Positions 47,281-47,659 of a DNA stretch of 47,659 nucleotides are shown piece after piece. Each line of letters begins with the position of its first letter. Within the stretch, counting starts at the first letter, position 1. Under the pieces are notes generated by a model that saw only the letters and a list, made by a program, of their open reading frames with translations, had not been told where the DNA came from and made no database searches. Location: positions 1 through 47,659 of IMG/VR virus record IMGVR_UViG_3300026258_000006. One strand, given 5' to 3'. The translations under genes and the position numbers were made by a program. Source of the stretch: a virus. Taxonomy: Duplodnaviria > Caudoviricetes.

Positions 47281-47321
47281 TTGAGTAGGTGAGAATCGAA
47301 CTCACATTAACCATTTACTCA
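47281..47321 (-). ncRNA. tRNA minihelix (acceptor stem plus T-arm, no D or anticodon arm)
   Basis: TGAGTAA ATGGTTAAT GTGAG TTCGATT CTCAC CTACTCA A, followed by CTA. Confidence 0.7.
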
Positions 47322-47366
47322 TTTGTCTGTTCGTTTAAGGAAAAAACACACTTCAACACCTATTTA

Positions 47367-47406
47367 TTATATTATCACAAATTTATTTTATTTGTAACGT
47401 ATTTTT
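47367..47406 (-). promoter_or_regulatory. putative phage promoter, copy 2
   Basis: AAAAATACGTTACAAA-N12-GTGATAATATAA; lies about 45 nt upstream of the minihelix. Confidence 0.7.
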
Positions 47407-47659
47407 GTTAAAAAGTTTGAGACCATTCAAACATTCCAACTAACCATAATGGTACCACTATTAGTGAACCACCAATTTTTATAATTAATTCAGTCATATT
47501 TCTATTTTTAAGTTAAACATTTATTTTAATTCAAATTAAGTAGTTCATCCATTTTATTAACTACTTCATTTCTTATCCATTCTTTATTTCTTTCAGATAA
47601 TAAATCATAACCATCACAGTCAAAATTATTTCTTGCATATTCATATAAGAATAGACCTA

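Noticed and set aside
47281-47310. Prophage att site formed by a tRNA 3' fragment
   Set aside because: There is no integrase in the window, and the element retains a complementary 5' acceptor strand, which an att duplication would not need. Not fully excluded without the host sequence.
47267-47314. N-terminal extension MVNVSS... of ORF 46997..47314
   Set aside because: It overlaps the minihelix; the ATG at 47266 has the typical A-rich leader.
1-47659. Stop-codon reassignment as in some crAss-like phages
   Set aside because: Genes are full-length and densely packed under the standard code.

Overview
A 47.7 kb segment of an AT-rich lytic dsDNA phage genome with crAss-like gene order. A Bacteroidota/Flavobacteriaceae host is inferred from the gene set, a BACON-like domain and A/T-rich start regions without obvious Shine-Dalgarno motifs. 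The plus strand (1-30317) carries the end of a LamG tail-fibre gene, holin, amidase, a GroES-like protein, terminase, portal, scaffold, major capsid, tail ring and stabilisation proteins, and three probable ejection proteins (the largest 2541 aa). A bidirectional terminator at about 30.4 kb separates this from the minus-strand block: nrdA, nrdB, resolvase, a GIY-YIG/MazG fusion, thyA, primase-helicase, SSB, exonuclease, ERF, a sigma-like factor, ligase and many small early ORFs. The most unusual signal is a set of tRNA-shaped RNAs in the early region, all ending in the same A-CTA. These are a full initiator tRNA, a 78-nt G3:U70 RNA resembling an isolated tmRNA tRNA-like domain, and a 41-nt acceptor/T-arm minihelix, with two further structured RNAs packed between the first two. 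Other highlights are a UvrD/PcrA-type Tudor-like domain inserted in the giant ejection protein, a split tail-stabilisation gene, an unlisted C2H2 zinc-finger microprotein and a duplicated promoter-like motif. All family assignments come from motif recognition by eye, not from database searches.
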